DNA of 42,971 nucleotides from an uncultured Erysipelotrichaceae bacterium (GCA_902797265.1 CADBSF010000045.1:1-42971); one strand, 5' to 3'. Positions 1-10,638 are shown, numbered from the stretch's first letter. The notes: generated from the sequence alone by a model not told the origin. Numbers and translations: made by a program.

Positions 1-214
1 ATTATCTGATAATTATATAGGTAGTTCCAATTGGGAATGTTGGAGATTAAGATCAAGATTTGATAATGATGAATGTATAAAATGTCCTAGTGTTATTTCA
101 TGTGGTGGTGGATGTGCAACTGGTTCATATAATATGAATGGTTCCATATTTGATATTGATAAGAATAATTGTGAATACACAAAGAAATTATTTAAAAAAA
201 TACATAATATTTAA
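1..214 (+). CDS. C-terminal end of a radical SAM/SPASM-domain protein (5' truncated by window edge)
   Basis: Frame 2 reads ...ECIKCPSVISCGGGCATGSY...NNCEYTKKLF..*, a SPASM-type CxxCxxxxxCxGGC...C motif; stop TAA 212-214. Confidence 0.85.
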   Translation, partial: LSDNYIGSSNWECWRLRSRFDNDECIKCPSVISCGGGCATGSYNMNGSIFDIDKNNCEYTKKLFKKIHNI

Positions 215-517
215 AGAATATTGCTAATAATTCTAATTTTAAAATATATTAAAATATTATTACTATTAAATAAAACTAAAAAAATATTACTATAGATAAA
301 AATGAAAAAAAATTCACATTTGAAAAATGCAGAAGATTATTAAATATAAAAAGAAAAAGTAAAACAGTTTACTTAATCCTAAATCAGCTAATATTTTATC
401 GCCTACATTAGAAAGCGGCAGTATATAGAATCGACCATGTATCGACGGAGTGGTACAAGTTGCAATTAAAGATAATATAAAAAAGAAAACAACTAACGAA
501 TCTAAATAATTATAATT

Positions 518-541
518 AAGACTAGTGTAATCTAGCCTTTT
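518..541 (+). terminator. CTAG-family hairpin (one mismatch)
   Basis: aagactag-tgtaat-ctagcctt followed by T. Confidence 0.55.
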
Positions 542-609
542 ATATTAAATGAAATTACTACAAATGATATAAATTTAATAGATTAATTAAAATGTAAAGG
601 AGTTATTTT

Positions 610-1500
610 ATGAAAAATATTAAAATTATATTTTTGATTATTATAGCTATATTAATTACTGGATGTAGTAATGAACAAAAGAAAAATAATAAAGTTACAG
701 AATATTCTCTTGATTCAGTTCATGAAGTAAATGGTAGACAAGGTATTGCGACAGATGGTAAATATTATTGGGTAAGTGGTTCAACTACTTTAACTAAATA
801 TGATAAGGATTGGAACATTGTTAAAGAGAATACTAATCCTTTTAAAGGATATGAATTAGAAGTAAATCATATCGGAGATATTGATGTGTATAATAATGAA
901 TTATATTTAGGCGTTGAATATTTTATGGATGGAGTAGGAAAAAATATACAAGTAGCAGTATATGATGGTGATACATTAGAACTAAAAAGAACATTTGAAT
1001 TTAGTGATGAAACTGGACAATTAGAATGTTCTGGAATAACAGTGGATCCAGACGGTGGATATGTTTATATGGTATCTTGGATTGATGATGAATCTAGTGA
1101 TAATATTTATATGTATGATTTAGATAGAGAAAAATATTTAGGTAAGATATTAATGGATTTTCCACCTAAATGGATTCAAGGCATAGCATATTATGATAAA
1201 AACCTATATGTTACTGCAGATGATGGGGATGCTGATGAAGATGAACCAGATAATATGTATAAAATAGAATTAGCTGAAAATATGAATACAGGTAAAGTAA
1301 CAAAAGAATATACTTTTGATGATGTAAAAAAACAAGGAGAAATAGAAGGATTAAGCTTTGATAAAAAGAATAATAAATTCTTATTACTATATAACAGAGG
1401 TGCAAGAATAGTATTAGGTATGCCAAAAGGCTTTTATGATGGATATACAGAAGAAATACATGAAGTGTATATATATAATATAGAGAACAAAAGAAACTAG
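610..1500 (+). CDS. Lipoprotein, probable beta-propeller, function unknown
   Basis: Lipobox LITGC; RBS aaggag; blade-like repeats (QGIATDGKYYWVS, GDIDVYNNELYLG, SGITVDPDGGYVYM, QGIAYYDKNLYVT, EGLSFDKKNNKFLL). Confidence 0.75.
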   Translation: MKNIKIIFLIIIAILITGCSNEQKKNNKVTEYSLDSVHEVNGRQGIATDGKYYWVSGSTTLTKYDKDWNIVKENTNPFKGYELEVNHIGDIDVYNNELYLGVEYFMDGVGKNIQVAVYDGDTLELKRTFEFSDETGQLECSGITVDPDGGYVYMVSWIDDESSDNIYMYDLDREKYLGKILMDFPPKWIQGIAYYDKNLYVTADDGDADEDEPDNMYKIELAENMNTGKVTKEYTFDDVKKQGEIEGLSFDKKNNKFLLLYNRGARIVLGMPKGFYDGYTEEIHEVYIYNIENKRN

Positions 1501-1518
1501 AAGTATTATAATTCTATT

Positions 1519-1794
1519 CCTTTTCTTATAGTAAGAAGTAGAATTCATATGAATACAACCAATAGAGGTAATTAAAGTTCTTTCTCTAGTTTCTTTTATA
1601 TTATAAGTTTCTTTTCGATATTTAGATTTTTTAAATTTATCATCAATATAATTTAAAAAATGCTCATATAGTTTTAAAGTAAACTTATCTTCAATATGTC
1701 TAATTTTACTTTCTAAATTGAATGGGGTTAAATTTTCTTTAAAAGTTTCATTGAAAGTATTAATAGCTTTGTCAATTAATAGTATAATTTCATA
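1519..1794 (-). pseudogene. ISLre2/UPF0236-type transposase N-terminal fragment with no in-frame start
   Basis: Translates YEIILLIDKAINTFNE...LYEHFLNYIDDKFKKSKYRKETYNIKETRERTLITSIGCIHMNSTSYYKKR; resembles the 'IDxx..RK..Y....RTLITxxG.I....YY' N-terminal pattern of the family. Confidence 0.7.
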
Positions 1795-1918
1795 TGGTTA
1801 AAACCTTGCTTTCGATTATTTTTGACGATTTAATTATAAAGCATTTTTTAGGTTTTAACCATTTTTATTGATTTAAAAAGAAATTGTTTATAAATCTCCC
1901 TACTTTGGAAACACTTTC
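1519..1918 (-). mobile_element. Remnant of an ISLre2-family insertion sequence (left end plus 5' part of transposase)
   Basis: Transposase-like minus-strand frame (next feature); end-like sequence ccctactttggaaacact at 1898-1915; lies just upstream of a sigmaA promoter. Boundaries approximate. Confidence 0.65.
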
Positions 1919-1934
1919 GATTAGACTTTTATTC

Positions 1935-1963
1935 TTGAAAAAAAGCGATTTATTTGTTATAAT
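1935..1963 (+). promoter_or_regulatory. sigmaA promoter
   Basis: TTGAAA-17 nt-TATAAT with extended TG. Confidence 0.8.
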
Positions 1964-1989
1964 ATATAACTGTTTAAGGGGGTGAAGAT

Positions 1990-2691
1990 ATGGCGTATAT
2001 TGAGTTTAAAAAAGTAGATAAAATCTACCAAATGGGTGAAGTTGAAATTAAAGCTTTGGATAATGCAACATTCTCAATTGATAAAGGTGAACTTGTAGTA
2101 ATAATTGGTCCTTCAGGAGCAGGTAAAACAACTTGTTTAAATATTCTTGGAGGAATGGATAATGCAACAAATGGAACAGTAATAATTGGAAATGAAACGA
2201 TTACTGATTATAATGAAAAACAACTTATTCAATATAGAAGACACGATATAGGCTTTGTCTTCCAATTTTATAATTTAATCCAAAATTTGACAGCCTTAGA
2301 AAATGTAGAACTTGCAGTACAACTTTGTAAAGACCATTTGGATCCATCAATAATATTAGATGAAGTTGGATTAAAAAACAGAAAAGATAATTTTCCTTCT
2401 CAATTATCTGGAGGAGAACAACAAAGAGTTGCAATTGCAAGAGCCATTGCTAAAAATCCAAAATTACTATTATGTGATGAGCCTACAGGAGCATTAGATT
2501 ACAAGACAGGAAAGAGCATATTAAAATTACTTGAAGAAACATCAAGAAAAGATAAAATGACAGTAATAATAATAACTCATAATTCTGCTTTAGCACCAAT
2601 GGCCGACAAAGTAATTAAGTTCAAAAATGGAAGCGTTGAAGATATCGTTATAAACAAGAATCCAGTGAGTATAGATAGAATAGAATGGTAG
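1990..2691 (+). CDS. ABC transporter ATP-binding protein (LolD/MacB-like)
   Basis: Walker [43 protein letters not shown]. Confidence 0.95.
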   Translation: MAYIEFKKVDKIYQMGEVEIKALDNATFSIDKGELVVIIGPSGAGKTTCLNILGGMDNATNGTVIIGNETITDYNEKQLIQYRRHDIGFVFQFYNLIQNLTALENVELAVQLCKDHLDPSIILDEVGLKNRKDNFPSQLSGGEQQRVAIARAIAKNPKLLLCDEPTGALDYKTGKSILKLLEETSRKDKMTVIIITHNSALAPMADKVIKFKNGSVEDIVINKNPVSIDRIEW

Positions 2692-2692
2692 T

Positions 2693-5600
2693 GTGAAGAA
2701 TAGATTACTAACAATAAGTTTTAGAGAAATTAGAAAAAGTATTAAAAGATTTATTTCTCTACTTATTATGAGTTTCTTAGGTGTAGCCGTATTTGTAGGA
2801 TTAAGAAATACACCAGGTACAATGCTTAGATCTTTAGATAAATATTATGATGTTACTAATCATTATGATATTAAATTAGTATCTACTTTAGGTTTAACAG
2901 AAGAAGATGTAAAATCTCTAAATAAACTAGGCATTATATCATATGGCTTACATTCTAAAGATGTTATAACAAACTTCAAAAAAGGTTCTAATGTCACAAA
3001 AATAATTGGAATAAATAATAATATAAATAAATTATTCTTAAACGAAGGAACTTTTCCTAAAAATGATAATGAAATAGTTGTAGAAAAAAATATATTAACT
3101 AAAGAAGAGTTAAAAATAGGGGACTATATAGAAATAGAAAAAGATGAGTCTCTTAAATTAAATAAATTTAAAATAGTAGGTGTAGTAACAAGTCCATTAT
3201 ACTTATTTATTGGTGGAAACTCTATGACAAGAGGAAATACAAATATAGGAAATGGAAAAGTAGAATATTACTCATATGTAAATGATTCTGCATTTAAAAT
3301 GGATTATTACACAGAAATAAATATTGATATTAAAAATAATTTTATAACTTCTTCTAAAGATTATATTAACTTAGTAAATGAAAAAAGAAAGTTAATAGAA
3401 TCCATTAAAAGTGAAAGAGAAAAATCAAGATATAAAGAAATTTATGAAAAATATGATATTGAAATAAAAGAAAAAGAAGAAATTGGAAGAAGTGAATTAT
3501 CAAAAGTAGAGGATACATTAAATGAATCTAAAAATTTATTAGATAATGGATATTTAAAATTACAATCTAGTAAAGAATTATTAGATGATAAGAAGTATCA
3601 GTTAGATTATGCTCTTATTACTTTAAATAATTCAAAATTAGAAATACAAGAAAAAGAAAAATTATTAGAAAACTCTAAAATAGAGTTAGAAAAAGGAGAA
3701 AATGAACTTAAAGAACTATTAAGTTCCTATGGATTAACTCTTGATGATATAGAAACAATAAAAGATATTTTAAATGATCAAATTGTATCTAAAGAAAGAT
3801 TAAAACATATTTTTACTAATTCAGAATATAAAGATCAAATATATCAATTAATAGATGATTTCTATGATACAGATTTCTTAAATTGTTTAAAAGAATATAT
3901 AGAAACTAAAACAAAAGAATCTAAAGAAAAATTAATTGATTGTATTCCTAAAGATATAGATAATTATGATGAAATAGTTAATGATATAGAATTTTTTAGC
4001 AAGGATACATTAAGAGAAGAAATTTATTCGTCTATTCTAAGTAATGCTTATAATATTGATGATGTTAAAAATAATATTCCTGAATGCCTTTGTTGCTACG
4101 ATAATATCATTAATTTACTAGATAATTATGCTAATACAGTTATTAAAATAAAAGAATTATTTGATGCAGTCGATAAAATTAAGCAAGGTAAAGAAGAAAT
4201 CATAAACGGAGAAAGACTATTAAATGAAGGAAAAGAAAAACTAGAACAAGGATATAAAGAATATTATAATTATTTAAATCAGTATAATGATGGTTTAAGG
4301 AAATATTATGATGGATACAATGATTATAAAAATGGTCTTGCTCGATATGAGTCTGGTTATGAAGAGTACTTAAAAAATAAAGCTGATTTTGAAAATAAAA
4401 TAGAAGAGTCAAAGAAAAAATTAAGTGAAATTGAAATGACTAAATGGTTTATATATGTTCGTGGTGATGATTCAGAATATTCAAGTTTTATAGATAACTC
4501 TGATAGTGTAAAAAACCTAGCAAGTGCATTTCCAACAGTTTTCTTCTTAGTATCGATATTTATGTGTATCATGAGTATGTCAAGAATGGCTCTTGAAGAT
4601 AGAGGAGAAATAGGTATACTAAAATCTTTAGGCTTTTCTAATAAACACATTATTTTAAAATATGTAATATATTCTATATTAGCTACAATTCTAGGTAGTA
4701 TACTAGGAGGATTATTTGGATTCTATTTCTTGACATGGTTTATTTTTAAAATATATGGAATGTTATATTTTATACCATTCTTTGTATACCAATATAATAT
4801 AGGTCCATTTATAGTAGGAACAATAATTGCAATCGTTTGTATTACTGGACCATCTATATTAACAGTTAAAATAATAGTAAATGAAAAACCATTAAGTCTA
4901 TTAAGACCTCTAGCTCCAAGTAAAGGGAAAAAAATATTGATTGAATATATACCAATATGGAAAAAAATAAGTTTTTCAAATAAGATAACAATAAGAAATA
5001 TTGTTAGATACAAAAAAAGAGTTATCATGACAGTATTAGGTATTGCTGGATGTACTATATTGTTATTAACAGGTTATGGAATAAAAGATTCAATCATGAC
5101 AATTTCCGATAAACAATTTGGAGAAGTATATATAGTTGATGAAGTAGTTTATTTTGATTCTAAAGAAAAAAATATCAGTAAAATTTTAAATAATAAGTAT
5201 ATTAAAAATTATGAAGAAATTAACATACAAACGGTAAAAGTTAATAATTTTACGGCTGACTTACGTGCATTAAAAAATGATTTTAATTATGATGTTATTA
5301 ACTTAACAGATTATAAAACTCATGAAAAATTATATTTAGAAAATAATAAAGTAATAATCACAGATAAACTATCTACTGAGAACAATTACAAAGTTGGAGA
5401 TAAGATTAAGTTTATTGATACAAATAATAAAATATATAAAATAGAAATAAGTGGTGTTGCAACTAATTATGTAGGAGCTAATATCTTTATGAATATAGAA
5501 ACATATGAAAAATTATTTGAAGAATATAAACCAAATGTTGCATATATTAATTTAAATAATATTGAAGAAGAAGAAAAAGTAGCGAAAGAATTAATGAAGA

Positions 5601-6070
5601 ATGAACATATACTAAGTGTTATTTCAAAAAATTCAGCGAAAAAAAATGTAGAAGTAATTTTACAATCCTTAAACAATGTTGTATTAATTCTAGTAGTATT
5701 ATCAGGTATTTTATCATTTGTAGTTTTATATAATTTATCATATATTAATATCAGTGAAAGAAAAAGAGAAATAGCAACTCTAAAAGTATTAGGTTTTACT
5801 AATAGTGAAGTAGATAATTATATTATTAAAGAAAACTTCCTTATAACAATAATAGGTATACTAATTGGTTTAATGTTTGCAAAACCATTTGTAGATTATA
5901 TTGTTAATACAGTAGAAATAGAGTTAGTTAGATTTATTCATATCATTAATATATCAAGTTATTTATATACGTTTACATATATGATATTATTTACTTGTAT
6001 AGTAACTGTTGTTATTCATTTTACATTAAAGAAAATAAATATGAGTGAATCCTTAAAAACAGTAGAATAA
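2693..6070 (+). CDS. FtsX-like ABC transporter permease (duplicated FtsX domains, long coiled-coil insert)
   Basis: Two permease motifs (EDRGEIGILKSLGFS; ERKREIATLKVLGF), TM clusters; starts 1 nt after the ATPase stop. Confidence 0.92.
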   Translation: MKNRLLTISFREIRKSIKRFISLLIMSFLGVAVFVGLRNTPGTMLRSLDKYYDVTNHYDIKLVSTLGLTEEDVKSLNKLGIISYGLHSKDVITNFKKGSNVTKIIGINNNINKLFLNEGTFPKNDNEIVVEKNILTKEELKIGDYIEIEKDESLKLNKFKIVGVVTSPLYLFIGGNSMTRGNTNIGNGKVEYYSYVNDSAFKMDYYTEINIDIKNNFITSSKDYINLVNEKRKLIESIKSEREKSRYKEIYEKYDIEIKEKEEIGRSELSKVEDTLNESKNLLDNGYLKLQSSKELLDDKKYQLDYALITLNNSKLEIQEKEKLLENSKIELEKGENELKELLSSYGLTLDDIETIKDILNDQIVSKERLKHIFTNSEYKDQIYQLIDDFYDTDFLNCLKEYIETKTKESKEKLIDCIPKDIDNYDEIVNDIEFFSKDTLREEIYSSILSNAYNIDDVKNNIPECLCCYDNIINLLDNYANTVIKIKELFDAVDKIKQGKEEIINGERLLNEGKEKLEQGYKEYYNYLNQYNDGLRKYYDGYNDYKNGLARYESGYEEYLKNKADFENKIEESKKKLSEIEMTKWFIYVRGDDSEYSSFIDNSDSVKNLASAFPTVFFLVSIFMCIMSMSRMALEDRGEIGILKSLGFSNKHIILKYVIYSILATILGSILGGLFGFYFLTWFIFKIYGMLYFIPFFVYQYNIGPFIVGTIIAIVCITGPSILTVKIIVNEKPLSLLRPLAPSKGKKILIEYIPIWKKISFSNKITIRNIVRYKKRVIMTVLGIAGCTILLLTGYGIKDSIMTISDKQFGEVYIVDEVVYFDSKEKNISKILNNKYIKNYEEINIQTVKVNNFTADLRALKNDFNYDVINLTDYKTHEKLYLENNKVIITDKLSTENNYKVGDKIKFIDTNNKIYKIEISGVATNYVGANIFMNIETYEKLFEEYKPNVAYINLNNIEEEEKVAKELMKNEHILSVISKNSAKKNVEVILQSLNNVVLILVVLSGILSFVVLYNLSYINISERKREIATLKVLGFTNSEVDNYIIKENFLITIIGILIGLMFAKPFVDYIVNTVEIELVRFIHIINISSYLYTFTYMILFTCIVTVVIHFTLKKINMSESLKTVE

Positions 6071-6145
6071 TAAATGAATCTAATTATAGAATAGTAGCAA
6101 TTATAATACCTGTATTATTGAATATAAAAAACGATATAGAAAATG

Positions 6146-6172
6146 AAACTAGGTTATCCTAGTTTTTTCTTT
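6146..6172 (+). terminator. CTAG-family hairpin terminator
   Basis: aaactagg-ttat-cctagttt plus T tract. Confidence 0.75.
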
Positions 6173-6449
6173 TACAAGATATCGGGAATTCTTGAGATTT
6201 AATTTTAACGAATGATAAATAATAATTCCTCACAAACATTGTTGTAATTATACTTTATGACCACAAATATTTGCTTTGATGTAAGTTACTATCAAAAAAA
6301 ATATTAAGTAAAAGAACAAGGAAAAGCAGCAAAACTTCAATTAAGGAAAAACAATAAAAAGAGATTTAACGAATAAAGAGATTAGATAATAATAAATGAT
6401 ACATTTTTTAAATAATATGATATAATAATATTGAAAGGAAAAAAAAGCG

Positions 6450-6926
6450 ATGAATAAAACATTTTCATTTATGCGAGAATCTAGTACAGCAAGATTTTTT
6501 ATTCCTGCTGGTATTATTCTTATTATTTTTGGTATATTTATGTTTGTTATTAATATGAATAACCAAAATTATATTAAGACTAAGGCTACTGTTACTGATG
6601 TAGAAGAAAAACAAGAAACAACAGAAGGTAGTGAAGGAACGGAAACTACAACTATTTACAACGTGACTTTAACATATACAGTAAACGGTAAAGAGTATAC
6701 AGGAACACTTGACAATGTATCGAAGCATAAAGTAGGGGACAAAATGGACATTTTTTATGATCCAAAAGATCCTAAGAAAATCACTCAAACGAAAAGTTTG
6801 ATACTTCCTATTAGTATTATAGCGGTAGGGGTTGCCTCATTAGTAGGTGGAATCATAAGTGCAGTTAATGCGGTAAAAAAACATAATAAAATGAAAGAAC
6901 AAGAAAGGAGTTGGGCAAATGAATAA
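6450..6926 (+). CDS. Membrane protein, DUF3592-like
   Basis: TM, then beta domain (TKATVTDV..YTVNGKEY..VGDKMDIFYDPKDP), then TM; TGATATAAT at 6418. Confidence 0.75.
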   Translation: MNKTFSFMRESSTARFFIPAGIILIIFGIFMFVINMNNQNYIKTKATVTDVEEKQETTEGSEGTETTTIYNVTLTYTVNGKEYTGTLDNVSKHKVGDKMDIFYDPKDPKKITQTKSLILPISIIAVGVASLVGGIISAVNAVKKHNKMKEQERSWANE

Positions 6927-7428
6927 ATATCTATTAAAACCAAAATTAGCTACTGTAAAACAAGCTTTCTATTTAGAAGATGAAACTGGCAATATGGTAT
7001 ACGAAGGGAAAATGACTAAATTTTCACTATTTGGAGCATCACCATTTGAAATGATTAATCATATTACGAATAAGACGGAAGAACATAAAATTGGAAAAAC
7101 CATTACGATTGAACAAGGTGGGAATGATTTGATTAGTTTTATGTCTAAAAGATCTTATTTTAAGTATGATAACCAAAAGATATGGGATTATTTACATGAT
7201 TTGGGAATTAGAATTGATTCCAAACCATCAAGTGAAAAAATTGGTATGACATATGACATTTCCTTTGAAGGAAAGCCACTCGCAACAATTGCGACTAGTA
7301 GTCCAAAAGGAAAATCCCTTATTACAACAGATTTATATTATGATGTTATTTGCGAAGAAAAAGATCTTGATTTAGTATTCTTAGTTGCTTTTTCAATTGC
7401 AAAAACAGAACAAACTTTTTATAATTAA
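6919..7428 (+). CDS. Hypothetical protein, LURP-one/Tubby-C-like
   Basis: FYLEDETGNMVY..., YDISFEGKPLATI, C-terminal DLVFLVAFSI helix; overlaps upstream stop. Confidence 0.6.
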   Translation: MNKYLLKPKLATVKQAFYLEDETGNMVYEGKMTKFSLFGASPFEMINHITNKTEEHKIGKTITIEQGGNDLISFMSKRSYFKYDNQKIWDYLHDLGIRIDSKPSSEKIGMTYDISFEGKPLATIATSSPKGKSLITTDLYYDVICEEKDLDLVFLVAFSIAKTEQTFYN

Positions 7429-7448
7429 TCAAAAAAGGAGAAATTTAA

Positions 7449-8306
7449 ATGAAAAAAAAGATTATTGCTGTAGCAATCATACTTGTTATTATGATAGGGG
7501 TTACGGGATGTAGTAAAAATAATACTAAGTTGGAGGAAATAGCCAAAAGTATTAATAATTGTAAAACAGTAAAAAGTTATAAAGAATATAATTATGATTT
7601 AAAAGCATCTGTTTCCAAAGATACTTTAACTATCACAACAAAAATGAATGATACTAATTCTAAAGTTAAATTTGAATTAAAGGGAGACATTTTAAGTAAT
7701 GAAAAATTAACTACCAAAGATTTAACAACAATCCTTTTATTAATCAATGGAGTAGGAATAACAAATGGATATGAAGATGGTGAACTATCACAAAATATTA
7801 ATTCATTTTTTGAAGAGTATAAAAACTACACACTTGATAAGGAGGGTTTAGAGATTATAATTGATGAGAATAAATTATCTTTAAAGATTGATTTATCAAA
7901 GAAAATACCATTAATTGATGTTAATAAATTTTATTTAAAAGCGGATGATTTAGATATGATTCAAGAATTTATTGATAATAAAAAATATGGAAATCAAAAT
8001 GGTAAAATGGGAAATATTGCGTATAATGTCTTTGTAGGAGAAGAAGAAAGTACTATTGAAATTGGTCAAGATGAAAAATTATCAGATAGTGCATATAAAT
8101 CAATTATTACAGCATTAGAAGTAATGTATGGAGAAGAAGTTGCGAAAAAATTCCAAGAATTATATCCAAATTTTGTAGAAGAAAAAACTACAGTTGATGC
8201 ATTTACTATTGAAAAAGATTATCAACCAGAAGATAAAGATGAAAGTGTATTTAAAGATACAGAAATCGTATTAGTAACAATTAATAACAATAGTTTAAAT
8301 TCATAA
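7449..8306 (+). CDS. Lipoprotein, unknown function
   Basis: Lipobox GVTGC; RBS aaggag. Confidence 0.75.
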   Translation: MKKKIIAVAIILVIMIGVTGCSKNNTKLEEIAKSINNCKTVKSYKEYNYDLKASVSKDTLTITTKMNDTNSKVKFELKGDILSNEKLTTKDLTTILLLINGVGITNGYEDGELSQNINSFFEEYKNYTLDKEGLEIIIDENKLSLKIDLSKKIPLIDVNKFYLKADDLDMIQEFIDNKKYGNQNGKMGNIAYNVFVGEEESTIEIGQDEKLSDSAYKSIITALEVMYGEEVAKKFQELYPNFVEEKTTVDAFTIEKDYQPEDKDESVFKDTEIVLVTINNNSLNS

Positions 8307-8311
8307 TTTAG

Positions 8312-8339
8312 AAAAAGAGACTTAGTTCTCTTTTTTTTT
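8312..8339 (+). terminator. Intrinsic terminator
   Basis: aaaaagaga-cttagt-tctcttttt plus T tract. Confidence 0.75.
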
Positions 8340-8394
8340 CTAAAAAGAATAAAAGTATGTTATAATGATGATAATAAGGAAATGAGTGATTGAA

Positions 8395-10638
8395 ATGAAA
8401 AAAGGTTCTCTATTATTAATAATAATTCTAATGGTTATACCAATTTATGTTAATGCTGAAACTGTTCAAACAGGTAAATTTAAATATATGCCTGCTTTTG
8501 AAGAAGAAACAGAAGAAGTCTATTATTATAGTGATGATTATTTTAAGAATAGTGGTAAAACATATAATGAACATTTAATGGGAATGTCTTTTAATCTAGC
8601 TATTTCTACGTTTGAAATAAGAGGTTATTCCTATTCCAAAAAGTTATTAGAAGATATTGGATTTTCGAATTTTAAAGCCTATGATATGGAAGAAAAACCA
8701 ACGATAGATACCATTGGAATGGTTATTGCTCATAAAAAAGTAGATGGTAAAAATTTAATCGCAATAGCTGTTCGTGGAGAAAAGTATGATTCTGAATGGG
8801 GAAATAACTTTATTGTAGGAGAAAGTGGAGATGCCAAAGGATTTCATGATTCTAGTATTAAGGTAATGAAAAGAATAAAAGAATATATTTCAACTAATCA
8901 CTTAAAAAAAAATAAGATATGGATGGTAGGATATTCAAGAGCAGGAACGATTACGAATTTAACAGGTGTATATATGAATCAACATTTGAATGAATTTTCT
9001 GCAACAGAAGATAATCTATATTTCTATACTTTCGAATCTCCTTCAGCATCAATCGATAATACAATTTATGAAAACATTTATACCATTAGAAGTAGAAATG
9101 ATTTGATTCCTCATGTATATCCGGAAGAATGGGGTTTTTATACTAATGGTCAAGTAATAGAGATGGGAACAAGTAAAAAAATAATGACCTATAAAGGATT
9201 GGAAGTTCAAGAAGAATATGAAGAAGTAGAATTAAATGAATTTTATAATCAATTCTTCAGTTGGTTAACTTCTCGTCTTGATAGAAAAACATATTCTAAA
9301 TTTTTAGAAGGTCCTGTTAGTAAGATGTTTGATATCTATTTTTCGAAATCTCCAGACGATCGTGAAAAATTAAAAAATTTCTTTGTAGAAGATTTAAAAG
9401 CAGAAATCATGGATAACAAAGAGAATTTTAATCGAATTAAACCTTATGTATGGGCAGTCATGGGACATAACTCTGATTATTTATATCATAAAATAGTAGA
9501 TAATATAATAGATATTATGAATCAAATTCGAAATACTCCTAATTGTCAAGTTTTAACCAATGAAGAATATAATTTTCTAGTAGAATCCTTATATCCTGTT
9601 ATTCGAGTACTTGGACCTATTATAAATGATGATACAAACTATTTTGATGGGATTCAATATGAAGAAGATTATCCTAAGATAGCGGAAGATTATCTATTAA
9701 CAGATGAAGAAATGGGGACGAAATATGGTCAAGAGGATGGACGTGATATAGGTTATGATGCTGGCTTTAATGGAGAAGAGAAAAATGAAAATTCTTATGT
9801 AATACGTGATGATTATGGACCAGATTATGAAACAGCATTTGTGAATGCCTATGTAGCAACTTATAGTGAATATTATGATTTAGGTGTTTATCATAAAGAA
9901 AATTTAGGGGTAAAAGGAGAATACGATGCTAAAAAAGTAGCTTATAACTATGGATTTGATGTTGGTAGTTATGGAGAAGAACCTGACCTTGAAGATACTT
10001 ATCTATATGTTCAAGATTGGATGAATGATGATTATATTAATGCCTATAATAATACTTATATGAATGAGTATCTAAGAGGATATGCAGCTGGATTGGAAAA
10101 TCCTTTCCAAGGAGAGGAAAATATCTTTGATGCAGATTTTAAACAATTGTATCATGTATTCTCCTTAGTAAAAAATGCCAGTGAAATTATGAAACAACAT
10201 TACCCTCAAGAAAATTTGAAATTGATTCGTGAATTAGACTCCTATTATGCTCCATATGATTTAACAGAAGGTGCTAATCAAACAATTATTGTTAATGATA
10301 CTAATACTTTAACATTTAAAACAAGTGGACATTTAGAAAAACTAATAAAAGTAGAAGTAGATGGTACAGAATTAAATGAAACTGAATATGATGCAAAAAC
10401 AGGTAGTACTGTTATTACTTTAAAAAATCAATATTTAAAATCATTAAGTACTGGTTCTCATACAATGAAAATGATCTATATTGATCATGAAATAGAAACA
10501 TCTTTTATGGTAGAAAATCATACTTCAAACATTATCAATCCTAATACAAATGATGATATTGGAAATTATGTCATGATGGTAATAGTAAGTATCCTATGTT
10601 TGATAGGAACAATTATTAATCGAAAAAGACTTATCTAG
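8395..10638 (+). CDS. Secreted/surface-anchored class-3-lipase-like alpha/beta hydrolase with Gly/Tyr repeats and C-terminal Ig/X2-like domain
   Basis: Signal peptide (VNA); IAVRG, GFH, nucleophile elbow GYSRAG, YTFESP, NDLIPHV; C-terminal NPNTND + TM + basic tail. Start could be 8386 (GTG). Confidence 0.75.
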   Translation: MKKGSLLLIIILMVIPIYVNAETVQTGKFKYMPAFEEETEEVYYYSDDYFKNSGKTYNEHLMGMSFNLAISTFEIRGYSYSKKLLEDIGFSNFKAYDMEEKPTIDTIGMVIAHKKVDGKNLIAIAVRGEKYDSEWGNNFIVGESGDAKGFHDSSIKVMKRIKEYISTNHLKKNKIWMVGYSRAGTITNLTGVYMNQHLNEFSATEDNLYFYTFESPSASIDNTIYENIYTIRSRNDLIPHVYPEEWGFYTNGQVIEMGTSKKIMTYKGLEVQEEYEEVELNEFYNQFFSWLTSRLDRKTYSKFLEGPVSKMFDIYFSKSPDDREKLKNFFVEDLKAEIMDNKENFNRIKPYVWAVMGHNSDYLYHKIVDNIIDIMNQIRNTPNCQVLTNEEYNFLVESLYPVIRVLGPIINDDTNYFDGIQYEEDYPKIAEDYLLTDEEMGTKYGQEDGRDIGYDAGFNGEEKNENSYVIRDDYGPDYETAFVNAYVATYSEYYDLGVYHKENLGVKGEYDAKKVAYNYGFDVGSYGEEPDLEDTYLYVQDWMNDDYINAYNNTYMNEYLRGYAAGLENPFQGEENIFDADFKQLYHVFSLVKNASEIMKQHYPQENLKLIRELDSYYAPYDLTEGANQTIIVNDTNTLTFKTSGHLEKLIKVEVDGTELNETEYDAKTGSTVITLKNQYLKSLSTGSHTMKMIYIDHEIETSFMVENHTSNIINPNTNDDIGNYVMMVIVSILCLIGTIINRKRLI

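Noticed and set aside
1-214. Link between the SPASM enzyme and the Cys-rich peptide as a RiPP pair
   Set aside because: They are 37 kb apart, the peptide has no leader, and the rSAM gene's context lies outside the window.
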